64,000 nucleotides of DNA, from positions 62,001-126,000 of the forward strand of contig CBFFRP010000115.1 in NCBI GenBank assembly GCA_965644295.1. Reading direction: 5' to 3'. Position numbers and translations under genes: made by a program. The stretch comes from Paraphysomonas bandaiensis. Its lineage: Eukaryota > Protista > Chrysophyceae. Shown here in pieces: positions 12,472 to 24,024 of the stretch (the first letter of the stretch is position 1; every line of letters starts with the position of its first letter). The notes under the pieces were generated by a model. It searched no databases. It was not told the origin of the DNA and saw only the letters and a program-made list of their open reading frames with translations.

Positions 12472-15376
12472 ATGGCGGCACAGGGGTGTGAGTACCCCTT
12501 GTTCATTTTCTATCACTAGTAACCTACTCTAGGCAGAATTTCTATACCAAATCAGATATCCACTGCGTTACACCGATCAGATATAGGTATATTATGGAAG
12601 GTGTACTGGGTCCTCTTGATCGGTCCATAGTGGTTGATGAGTTCACTTATGATCAAGTTAAAGGGGCGGAGTGTTTGGGACAGGTAAGGAGATATTTAAC
12701 TGTACAGATATGTAATCCTGTGGGCAGATATGCAAAAGAGTTTGCAGGGAGATGAAGATGGCTGCTGGAAAAAAGAAGAAGTTCCTCTGCATATGTATTC
12801 CCTGCTACAATGAGAGTTTGGATGATCTGATGAAGACTATCGCCTCATTGATGGAAAACATCGATTTTATGAAACATAAAACACGATTTAATGATGATGA
12901 ACTTGGTTATGCTCTTCGAGAAGATTTCGAACTTTTGGAACCAGTAATTGTGCCTATTTTCGATGGCATTGGAGCCATGCATCCGACTGTAAGAGAGTGG
13001 CTTGAGAACGACATGCCTGGCGTCACCGACGGCCTTGATGGACAGCCGTCCCCTGGACGTGTGGAAGTAAAAGTTCATTCAGCAAGATGGTGGTATTACT
13101 GTTGGGATACTCTGCGGAAGGAAAGCGACGGAAACAGCCCGAGGAACACTCTTGACCATACATCGCCGTCTGAGACTCGTTTATCCCGTCCATCCGAAAT
13201 TCGAAAGAGTGCAGCTAGTTCGCTTCCATCTAATGGCCATGACGAATCACTCCTCTCTTGTGCGTCTAATTTTAATTCATACATACATTTCCAACTAGTG
13301 GCAATTGTGAAGCGTAAAAACCATCGAAAGCATAACTCTCACCATTGGTTTTTCCAGGGCATATGCGCAGGTGTCGGAGCATCATTGGTGTTTCTGACCG
13401 ATTGTGGCACCACTTATAACGAAACATGTGTTGCCAGATTGGTTTACGCTTTGCGCTCACGTCGCGATCTTATTGGGGTGACTGCCCGACAGCGTGTGGC
13501 GACGCCAAGTCCTAATTTCCATCCATGTGAAATTACCAAAATTCCCTGGCTGAAGGGTGAGCATGAGGGACTTGGCTCGCATCCGTGCTGGAAATGTCAC
13601 ATATCGTATCTGCTCTCCCCTGCACCACTGCAGGGTTTTGAGTTTGAGGCCACTCTTATCCTGAACTCGGCCTTATTTAATCTGGTGGAAGCAATGCCTG
13701 TTCTACCCGGCCCTTGTCAGCTGTTGGACTGGCCTCGCATGAGGGGTAATAAAGTCGTGGAAGAGTATTTCGATCTTCTGTTTAATGAAGACACAGTGGT
13801 GACTGGCTCGTCTGTGGTGACTGATCGACCTCTTCCTAAGGGCTATCGTAACAGTCGCCGCCATGATGGGAGCCGATCCCATAGCAGTAGTATCATCTCA
13901 CAGGATACCATATCAACTCAGGCCACCGACACATCCAGCTTTGTCCCTCCTGCATCACCAGTTGGCACACCTCTTCACCCGGCAGTGGAGCAGGTATTGG
14001 AAACTCTAGAGGAAGGTGTAGATGATGAGGACAAGAATTACGATAGCATCGCCGTTCGGTCGTCAGTGGCAGCAGTTCCACCAGACCCTACTACTGCGTC
14101 CTCCATATCATTTACTGAGTTTCTTAGGGTTAATATGAGGCTCGCGGAGGATAGAGTGCTATCATTCGTCACAGTGTTTTCCACTGGATTTGGGACGAAG
14201 TGGATCCCTGGTGCAACTTTTTACTACGAGCCTGAAGTCAACTTCGGATCACTACTCACACAGCGGTAATAATGTAATGTTTCTGATGACAGCATTCGAA
14301 CGTGTTATGCTATGCGTTCACCTGCATTTATAGTGATATATATACTGTTAAGCTATACTTTAACATATTAATCTTCTGTAGCCGCCGCTGGATTAATGGG
14401 ACGGTGGCAAGTTTTATGTACTTTTTCTCGTCGAAGCGTGCTCGACTTCGTGTTAGTGGTGGTTTCTTCGATAGTCACAAGGCAGGCAAAAGTCTGCGAC
14501 TAGTCAACATGCTGTGGGCTTTGAATCTTTTGCAGTTTGTGTTTGTCTTGGTGTCCCCATCTGTATTTGCTGTTGCCCTGTATAATGGACTTAAGAATGG
14601 TGCTAAGTTCAGCAGTCTGTTTGATTGGGCCAAGTATGCAGTAGTCCCCTTAGGGTCGGTCGGATCAATAGATGGTGCCGGCGTTGTGGTTATGGCCTAC
14701 TTGTTGGCATATATAGTGTGGACGGCTAATGCCTACAGAGCACCGGTGCGTATGCAATATATTTCTTTGTATATTCCTTCTTGTAACGATATGTTGCATG
14801 TAGCGAGGACGTATTCCGGAGGAGTGGTGTGTTGCTGTTGTTATTGTCGGCTTTTTGGCCATATTCCCCGTGTATTTTGCGCTGATAGCTTCCGCCATTG
14901 CTAAGCTTAATATTGTTCACTGGATCGTAATATCGTCAGTACTTGGGCCCGTGCTTATTGCCCTTGCACAAAGCGCCACGTCAGCGGCCCTCTATTGTGC
15001 CTACCTGCCGTGGTTTTTATCTCTCGCAGTATTCTTTCTCGTATACGTACCGTCCTACTCATTTGCAAGACTATGGGACACTACTTGGGGTAACCGCGAC
15101 ACATCGCGTGACGACTCTATCGATTTGCGGAGAGAGAAAACAATGAAATTTTATGTTAAGTGCTTCATTGTGGGGTTGGTTCTATTCAATTGCCTGCTTA
15201 CATTAGGGCTGTCTATTATTCTCACTACTAATGCACAGCTCATATTCATGGTCATCTTATTCTCACCAACGATCATTCAGATCGCTGGTTCCATTTTTTT
15301 CTTACTTATTGTAATGCCTCTTCGAAGTTTACAGTCGAGGAAAAATCTCGTTCATCGCTCCAATATATCGAAATAG
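12472..15376 (+). CDS. CHS: Chitin synthase (GT2, division-1/oomycete-like motif set)
   Basis: Inferred exons 12472-12485, 12533-12683, 12728-14265, 14382-14745, 14804-15376 (first exon tentative). Motifs PIRYRY, IPCYNES, KRKNHRKHNSHHWFF, LTDCGT, QGFEF, VLPGPC, RLAEDRVL, QR|RRWING (split by the intron at 14266-14381), WDTTWGNRD; several C-terminal TM helices. Confidence 0.92.
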
Positions 15377-15879
15377 ATCAATGGTCAATTGCATAGAACG
15401 CCATACGGACTCTGTACTATCCCTTATATACAGGCATGAAGTGGTTTAAAGAAATATTCTACCTTTATTGTATTATGGAAAGGCTGTCGATTGGAAAGTA
15501 ATTCATGATGCATGATAATATGATTTTGTTTTATAATAACATATATGTAGTATATAGCACACTGACTGTAGTTCTAAAATTGTATGATTATTTTTTATTG
15601 AAGAATATAACCATAGATAGAATAAACCGTGCATTGCTAAATTAATTTTGAACTTGCTGTTAACCGTTATGCGTATAGTTTCAATGTACGTCTCAGGTTT
15701 ATAGGGAGTAGGGAATAATATATTGGAAAACAATTGTCAGATATCGTTCCACCAATAATATTGGTTGAGTCATGTAAATCAGCCCAAAAATAATATTACA
15801 AAATATTAGCATCAATGCTTAAACACATACGTAGCTTCAATATTTAGTACAAATCAAACCCATTACGTTGGAAAGCAAT

Positions 15880-16300
15880 AGGCGGAAAGATCACATTTTC
15901 CTCATAATCATTCTCTGAGCCATCATCAGTGACACCTGCTTCATCGTCCTCTGTATCGTTGCAATCACTGTCAAAACGGAGAGGATATAATCTAACAGCC
16001 TTTCTTTCACATATCTTGTCAAATCAAATTCTTTGCCTGTTTGAAATATTTCGATTCCATTTTCAAAATTCGGATCATTAACAATATGGAACTGTCATTA
16101 ACAATATGGAGATAGGGGATACCTCTTGCCCCGAATGCTCTCAATAAAAGCCAACAAAAAGGTTCCGGCATTCATAGAGATTTAAATAGCCTCTCCTTTT
16201 TTAATCACTTTAAAACAATTTCAAAATTTCTTAAGTCAGACTCCAGAAGTAGCTGTAAATATCTTAAGAAACGTGCTGTTGATGTGTCCTATAAGACCTA
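15880..16300 (-). pseudogene. Degenerate hAT-like transposase fragment
   Basis: Minus strand gives SDLRNFEIVLK*LKRRGYLNLYECRNLF and HIVNDPNFENGIEIFQTGKEFDLT, recalling the C-terminal part of oomycete hAT-like transposases (recognised from memory). Stops and frameshifts present. Confidence 0.35.
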
Positions 16301-17548
16301 AATAATATTAATAAAAATTATTAATAGTGTACTATTGCATTGCAGCACATTTTAGAACCATTCTTCAACAATTCTTAAAAATCTAGTAAATTTACTAGAT
16401 TCTCCCAATTTTTGAAAATATCCCACGCTTGCATATTGTTTACTTCTTTACTTTTATATGCATTCATCGTTTATTAGGCGTTTTCTAATCAGTACGATAT
16501 ATAATATAATATTTGTGTTATATATATACAACATAATAATATAATATATTATCTATAATAATATATATATATAAATATATATTATTTTTATTGTACTATA
16601 AAGTAATTTGTACTATATATTGCTTTTTATAATAAGCAGAGTGCAAAATATGTACAGTATGGAGTACTTTAGAGTGGGTTATACATACATATAAACAAAA
16701 AACATCGCATTTGTAACATGTGTTTTGTAATATTTTGTTCTCTACTTTACACCTACTAATAACCTACTACTACATGATGATGCAAAACACATATAAAAAG
16801 CACAACTTAAATCGACATTTCTAAAATTTCACCAGGTTTAGAGCGTTTCTCCAGGTTTGTCCATCACATCAACTTACTCTAAAATATATATATAATATTT
16901 TATATTTGCATTTGCCTCTCTTGAGTTTTGCATAATCTAATTTTTGGATAAATAGCTATCTTCACCACTACTACATAATGCAATAACACCTGTACTACTT
17001 ACAGCAGTATTAGTACCACTATATACTATATAAGTAACCTTAAAAGACAAACGTGGGATTTTTTTTTCCACCTTTGTATCTCTTTGTACCCTATATTCTA
17101 TACTTATCGTTTTCATTAATCTGGTGTTATTTTTCTTATAAGAAGGTTGCTTTTTTTGCTCGGAGACGACGCGGCAACAGCCGTTGGGAGCACATTTCTA
17201 GTAGGTGGAGAATCATATGCAGGTGGAGGATCATCCGCAGGTAGAGAATCATCATTTATTTGTTTTCATCTAAAGACTACAAATTTTTGCTAGAGACTGG
17301 ATAAGTCGAGGTAATACCAAACCTGGTAAAGCGATTTCACCAGGTTTCATATCTAAGTATTGAATTATTATTGTACTATAATTTGTATCTGAGAGGTTAA
17401 AGATAAAGAAAAAGTTGCAATTATAGTTGTTATTAGCAATATTTATTGCGTTACAAGTTGGCCCTGCCACTTGTGTTTTGTAATATCATATTCTCATATA
17501 TAGCTGCATTTGCCTCTCTTGAGATTGAAAAAACGCTCCAACCGAATA

Positions 17549-17812
17549 TGGGTGTATAGTGAGATATAGTATAGTGATGTATAGTTAGGTGGTATAGTGG
17601 TATACAGTGAGATTGTATAGTGGTATGATATATAGTGGGATGGTATAGTGATGCCGCATAGTAATATGGTATGGGTGTATAGTGAGATGGTATATGGGTG
17701 TATAGTGAGATGGTATATGGGTGTATAGTGAGATGGTATGTGGGTGTATTTTGAGATGGTATAGTGGTGTTTAGTGAGATGGTAAAGTGGTGTATAGTGA
17801 GATGGTTATAGT
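17549..17812. repeat. Minisatellite, ~22-bp degenerate unit GGGTGTATAGTGAGATGGTATAT
   Basis: Roughly a dozen imperfect tandem copies are visible. Confidence 0.85.
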
Positions 17813-18180
17813 TCATACTTGTGAACTGTATGTAATATATATGTGTAGTCGAAAGCTATCTTCACCACTACTACTTACAGTAGTGTTAGTACCTATGCTC
17901 GGAGACGACGCGGCAACAGCTGTTGGGGGCACATTACTAGTAGGTTCAGCATCAGCAGGAGGTTTCAGATCTGCTGGGATTCGACGACCCCGCCGCCATC
18001 GTTTTAGGAACAGTATGACTTATACCCTGCTCGTGCACTTTTGTGGTACCTCTCTTCTTCCTCCGGGTCGTATAGTCGACAATATATCGTCACGAATGTC
18101 GACGACATTCTGCTTCACGTTATACACAGTACACATTCTGCTTCCGGGGTATTCGGCTGTTCACCTGAAAGACTCTACTA

Positions 18181-18415
18181 TCCTGAGAAGTTATAGCAGA
18201 TGTCAGGTATATCAACCACATTTTTTTTTATTTCTGCTTGCTCACTGTGTTTGCTTTGAGTGATAGAGCAAAAGTGGTTGCACATTGGTGCATGCGGTGA
18301 CGCACAAGCAGCTTTCGTAGCGCTAATTAGTAGGGTATAGAGTTAAGCACTAGCTAATTAAATTGTTTTGCTACAATAGTTCTGACTCTTACACGCCTAC
18401 TGTAAATAATCAGAC
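18181..18415 (+). repeat. Dispersed ~500-bp repeat family, 3' fragment
   Basis: Near-identical to 10910-11096. Confidence 0.9.
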
Positions 18416-18741
18416 TGAGATACCTTAATGGTAACAATGAACAGTCTATTATTGTACTTGCTTTCCTAATTTGTTGATAATCAGACCTGCCACCAGTATA
18501 ATATATATTGCATTTCAATATTTTTCTCTAGCCCTGGTCTGGTACGTCGGATGACAGTTTGTTAGACACCCACTAGGACTTTAACTAGAGGTACACCTTC
18601 CACTTAATTATTTTTGCAGCCTAGTATTCGCTCGAAGTTACATCGCACAGTCAATATATATCAAGCATCTTATACTTAATGACAACTATTACGACTCTGG
18701 AAAAGTGTGCATTAGTATTACAATTTAAACATAAACTACAT

Positions 18742-21700
18742 CTACTTGTTTCTTTTAGCTTCTGCTTCAGTGCTAAGTTTATTAATATATGATATCAAAT
18801 CTTTATGCTTCGCAAGATCTGCATGCAGGTCTTCACATTCCCTCTTCTTCGCTTCCAAATCAGCAATTAATACGCACTCAGCCTCTTGAAGAGCAGTTAG
18901 CTCCGTCTGAAGATTTTCACATATAACAGTTTGTTTATCCAGGCTCTTTCCCAGTCTACACGACCGCGCCATCTCTGATGAAAGGTCACTCTGTATGGCT
19001 TCTTTTTGATTGCGTAGGTCGGATATGATGTTATTCAAACGATCACACTCCCTCTTTGCCTCCTCTGTCAGTACATAAAGCTCTCGCTGGATTTCATGTT
19101 TCTGTTTCTGAAATGCTTCTCTTTCGTTACCTCGGACCTCTTCTGCACTTGCAAGGTCTGACTTCAGACGAGAAACTTCACACTGCTCTGCAGTCAAATG
19201 CGAACGGTATTTTCCTACTTTTTCTTGCTCCTTTTCAAGCTCTATCCTAAATGTTGCGTTTTGATCCAAAGCATCCGCCAGTTGTTGTGTCAGTCCCGTA
19301 ACTTCGTTTCGTAGACACGAAGCCTCCGCTTGCAGTGCTTTCTCCTTCGTGGTCCGCTCGAATGCCTCTTCTCTACATTGAGCCAGATCCCGTTCCAATC
19401 CCACCACACGCCCACGCTCGGAAGATATCTCGCGCTGCAGAGCCTCCGCGTGGGCAAAAGAGGCTTTGAGGTCGCCGGATAGCACCACCAACTTTCGTTC
19501 AGCCTCAACCATTTCTGCCCTGCACTTTCCCAGTTGGCCCTCTGACACTTCCATACTTCGCCTCATAGCGTCCTCTGCATGCGCTAGAGTCTTCATCTTT
19601 ACCCAGGCTTCCTCCAACAACTGGTCCGTACTCGCGCATCGCGCCTCAAACTGTTCCTTTTCCTTCTCGCACCCCGCCAGAAGGATCTTTATGTCCGCGA
19701 GTTCGGCAATGTACCTTGCATTTTCTTCCACTACCACGGTGTGCCTCGCTGCTTGTTGCTCTTTATCTATTTCCATCCTCCGAACAACTTCTTCTAACTC
19801 ACGAACTCGAGTACGCTCTTTCTCTACACCCTCCAGTGCAACCTCCAGACGGCGTGTTTGTTCTTCAAATTCTACATTGCTCTTCGCAGCCTCCATTTTC
19901 AATCGAGACAACTCAGCGTTCAGCCTCATAACTTCTTGCTTACTGGCAGCGGATGTGCCTGATGCAGACAGTGTCACACTCTCTATTTCATCGACAGTGT
20001 GCGTCCTCTTACACGACACAGTTTGCTGGGTGGACGCACATGCAACTATTTCTGAGATTGGCGCATGTATAGAATTTGTAGTGGACTGCTTATCTTCCTG
20101 TTCCTCAACACCAACTGATTCATGTTCATCATTGGGGGGTGGCGGAGGGAGTTCGATACTTTCGCATGTGTTCGAACCAGACATTGACAAACGACGAAAC
20201 ATGGTATCCACGTCAGTCTGTTGTGTGTCAGGCCGTTCCTCCATCATTGTCATGCTATCATCATCTGAGGGCTCGGCAAATCGCATATAGGTTTCAGAAG
20301 CTACACAAAATATTAGTGGATATAAACAACAATTTCATTTTACAACCTCTCATTTCGTCATCACCATCATTCCCGAAATGTGCACTGGCGAAACAGAGAG
20401 TAAGAAGCTTTCAGGTGACGTGCCGTAAATAGGTTTACCATTTTTCAATAAGCAACTTGATATCAGAAGAAGTGGATGCAGCAGGAATCCAATCCTCACT
20501 ACAGCACCAGCACTCCTGGCAGTGACAAGAATGTAGTTCTACTTCGCTATTATCGTCATTGTAGACACTCTGCACAACGCCTTCAATAGTGCGCCTGTGT
20601 ACATCCAATAGAGAGGCCAGAGCTCGCGCCACCTCCTCACAATCGCGATCTGACTTGATATGAGGACACGACAAGGAATCACCGTCGTAGTTCACAACAC
20701 CATCATCTTCTATTCTGGTTTTATCTAGTGGTTCCTCTCTAGAGAGGACGAAACAACTCACTAGTCCCAAGCATATGGCAATGGCACCACTGCGAAATAT
20801 TCTCACGTATGCATATAAAATGGATTACTCGGCACCTTGTTCTATGCATTATCAACAGACTCTTGTTTACACCTAGATCCAAGAGCTCCATGTTATACCA
20901 CTCCTAGTTGCAGAATGCAAAATGTTACCACACACACAATATACATATTTTCCAATTAACCTGCTGATGTTCAAGTGATTGCAGCAGTATTTTCATGGCG
21001 TTAATTAGCGCCATTCCTCCACGACGCAACTCCGCATCTCCAATCCACTGAGACACTCGCTCTCTTGTAGCAGCTCGATCAGCTGAATCATCTTCAACCT
21101 CATGGCTGCGAAGTCGGGCAAGAGTCGAACATTCCTGAATGCAGAGCAGTCACCACATGAACGCACGACGGACGGCGACAAACAGTGACGCACCTGCAGC
21201 ACATACAACTCGCTGACCAAAAGGGGTTCCAATAGCATTGTCGAGAGTTGAGTGTCACTGAGAATATTATAAACCGGATCTTTTTTTCTAGACATCTTTG
21301 ATTGGAAGTGGTCATGTCCCCTCCTATGAGAGGACGATGCAGTGTTGGAAATCTCCCCCAGTGGGGTTCGGGAACCCTTATTTCTCTCCCCCTCCGAAGC
21401 CAATAACAGACTTCTATGAATAAGAGTCTCTGAAGAGTCGTGACCAGTTAAAGAAGTCGAAACTAGACCTGATGTTTCCATCAATTGTCCTAGGCTATGC
21501 ACACACTCCATTGTCTGTATGATATGTTAGGAAGCTATGTCGAGCAGATGCTTGTATACAAAACGGAGAGATGGGGTGATGCATCAAACCCTCATTTGGA
21601 AACATACCTGAGTGAAGAAGTCATACGCACATAGACCGGCCTGTGTCTTCAAATTAGTAAATGTATGCGAGTTTGAGCCTGCATATAACGTATAATTATG

Positions 21701-23361
21701 CGAATGATACAAGACTAGCACTGCGGCACACCTGCGGCATCAGCATGTATGTGCGCTTCCCGCAATAGTTTCATTAACTGCATTACCAGTCTGGCAGCAC
21801 CACAGGCTATTTCAAATAAATCAGTTAACAAGATGTATCGATTACATGTTACACACATACCAGCGGTGGGGTCAGAAATAGTTGAGATAAAATGAATTAG
21901 GAAGGCAATACCAGACTCGGAGTGCCCCTACAAGATAGATGAGAGTAGTTTGACGGGTATACTGACCCAATGAATCGTGAACAAGGACTTAATAGACAAA
22001 ACTCATGCAGTAATATTGTTATTGCATTGGTACTTCACTTGCAATGTATACAACCTCTGTGCTGCATGCCAGATTCAACAGCAGAGAATCTGGTCTTGTT
22101 GCAGACCTGTCCTTGGATCCACCCATGCCCAGTTCTTCACATAATCTGCTGACTTCCACCTCAAAATTCGAACCCGAGATCTGCAGCAGGTCTCCAAGCA
22201 CGTCTAGAGCGTAACAAACGGCGGGCTGAACCGTCACAGGAGAGGACTGAGAGCCTGACAGTGTTGTGGAACGAGCCGTCAGAACCACTGCAGCAGCCTG
22301 ATGCAGTCGCACCCACCACTTGCGACAGAACCCATTCACCTTCACAGAAGAGTTTCAGATAACGGTAATTAGAAAAAATACGCATGCAAGCTTCGTATAC
22401 GCTTGGAATAATACAATACAGCATAGTTAATATAGCAAATAGTACCTCTTCCCAAACTACAGCGTGAGATTTCACAAGAGGGATCGACAGAATTCTCGAG
22501 AGCCCCTGTCTAGAGAGCGCCACCTCCCACTCCTCTCTTAATTCAGTGTTTTTAAAAGCACCATCTTTGCTCTGTTCGTTGGGGTATACACATTTGCTAA
22601 GCAGCAACCGTACTAATTGGGAGCAATTTCCGCTTGTGAGGACTCTTGAGGCCGCAGAGTGGTGGTCAACGATGAAGGCAATACAAGCCACAGCCATGGA
22701 CAACACTTTCGGAGGCTTCTGACGGTCTCCCAAAGCAGTCAAGAGACCGTTAATCACCGTATCACAGGAGCCAGCTTCAACCAACACCCTGGACTAACAA
22801 TAACAAATAGTGGTAATTATTACGGTGTAGAGTATACCTCGCCGCACGACTGCTCCACGAGAAGAAGAGCAGCAGGGACGCTAGCTCAACTTGATTCATG
22901 GCGACTATCCTATTGACTGCTAGATCAGAGCTCGTGAGTAAGAAATTCTCTGTGAATTCATTATATATTTCTGCGATATAGGAATCTAACATCTTCCGAT
23001 CCATCGAAGAGCTTGTGCCACATAAGCTGATGATCCACGACAGTGCATGGAACCATTTTGCACAATACCTTGAACCCCTTGCAGGCACTGCATCTTCGGA
23101 TACTTTTCGAAATGTCAATAGTCTTTGCAAAATATGGGAGTCATAAGTTTTTAACTTTCCAGGGAAGAGAATAAGCTTAGATATATCTCCAGCACAGGCT
23201 AACTTTATCCCATCAGACAAGTCGTTCAATCGAATAGGGGTAGCCATCTTGCCATGGTATCCTAAATTAGGAGCCTTCTGGTCTGTGTTGACCCTCCGTT
23301 GCTTATTAGAAGCCAACTCAGGGCTCGTAAAGGCTTTATCTCTTTGCGTCTTCTGTGCCAT
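18742..23361 (-). CDS. Large multi-exon helical-repeat (ARM-like) + long coiled-coil protein, CIP2A-like
   Basis: Minus-strand ORFs 22777-23361, 22161-22787, 22019-22345, 21005-21511, 20435-20806 and 18742-20286 can be joined through GT-AG introns (e.g. donor near 22837, acceptor near 22789). Leu-rich helical N-half and ~400-aa coiled coil; C-terminal LAKHKDLISYINKLS resembles the CIP2A C-terminal motif. The gene is well supported; orthology is tentative. Confidence 0.7.
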
Positions 23362-24024
23362 CTAAATCCACTTAAATGACACCGGTCGCAATCTACCCAC
23401 AAGGGTTGAGCGAAAGACAGAAAAGGGAACAGGAATCTACTATGCGGTGAAATCTACGAGTAAAGCTCTGTGGTTTAAATATGCGGACTTGAGTGCATAA
23501 CATGCACCTGACTTGCCACTATACATATTCAAAATATCTCCTCTGATGGGCATATTCCCACTCTTTTCAGTTCATAATGCACTTTTTACTGCTTTCTGCA
23601 GAGTGAATATCCCTGTTATTTAGCCGTGTTTTTGAAAAAACAGTTCATTTGGAATCAACGATTACATGTTTTTGTACACACATTGATCAAAATACCGCAC
23701 TGTAGTGAATAATACTTCTGTATATCAAGCGAATCTTTAAAGGTGCAGTTATGTTTCAGGCTGTCGTGTTGGTGTTGTACGGGAGAGACGGTCAGTGAGG
23801 CGAAATTCAAAATTATGTATACAAGTCTTCCAGTATATCTGATATGGCTGGCATCGCTATGGAAGTATGCGTTAAGTACATTCTAAAGCAATAGAGATTT
23901 AATTTCATTAATAAGGTGGAATATGCCTTTTATTTTTCATGAAGTGTAATACAATGATGTGGAAGTGATATGTGTGCTGCTGGTTTGGTGATTGAATGAG
24001 TGTTTTCGTTAATCAGGAGGTGCG

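Noticed and set aside
19466-20290. 274-aa plus-strand ORF
   Set aside because: Antisense shadow of the Glu-rich coiled-coil exon (Ser-rich, no motif).
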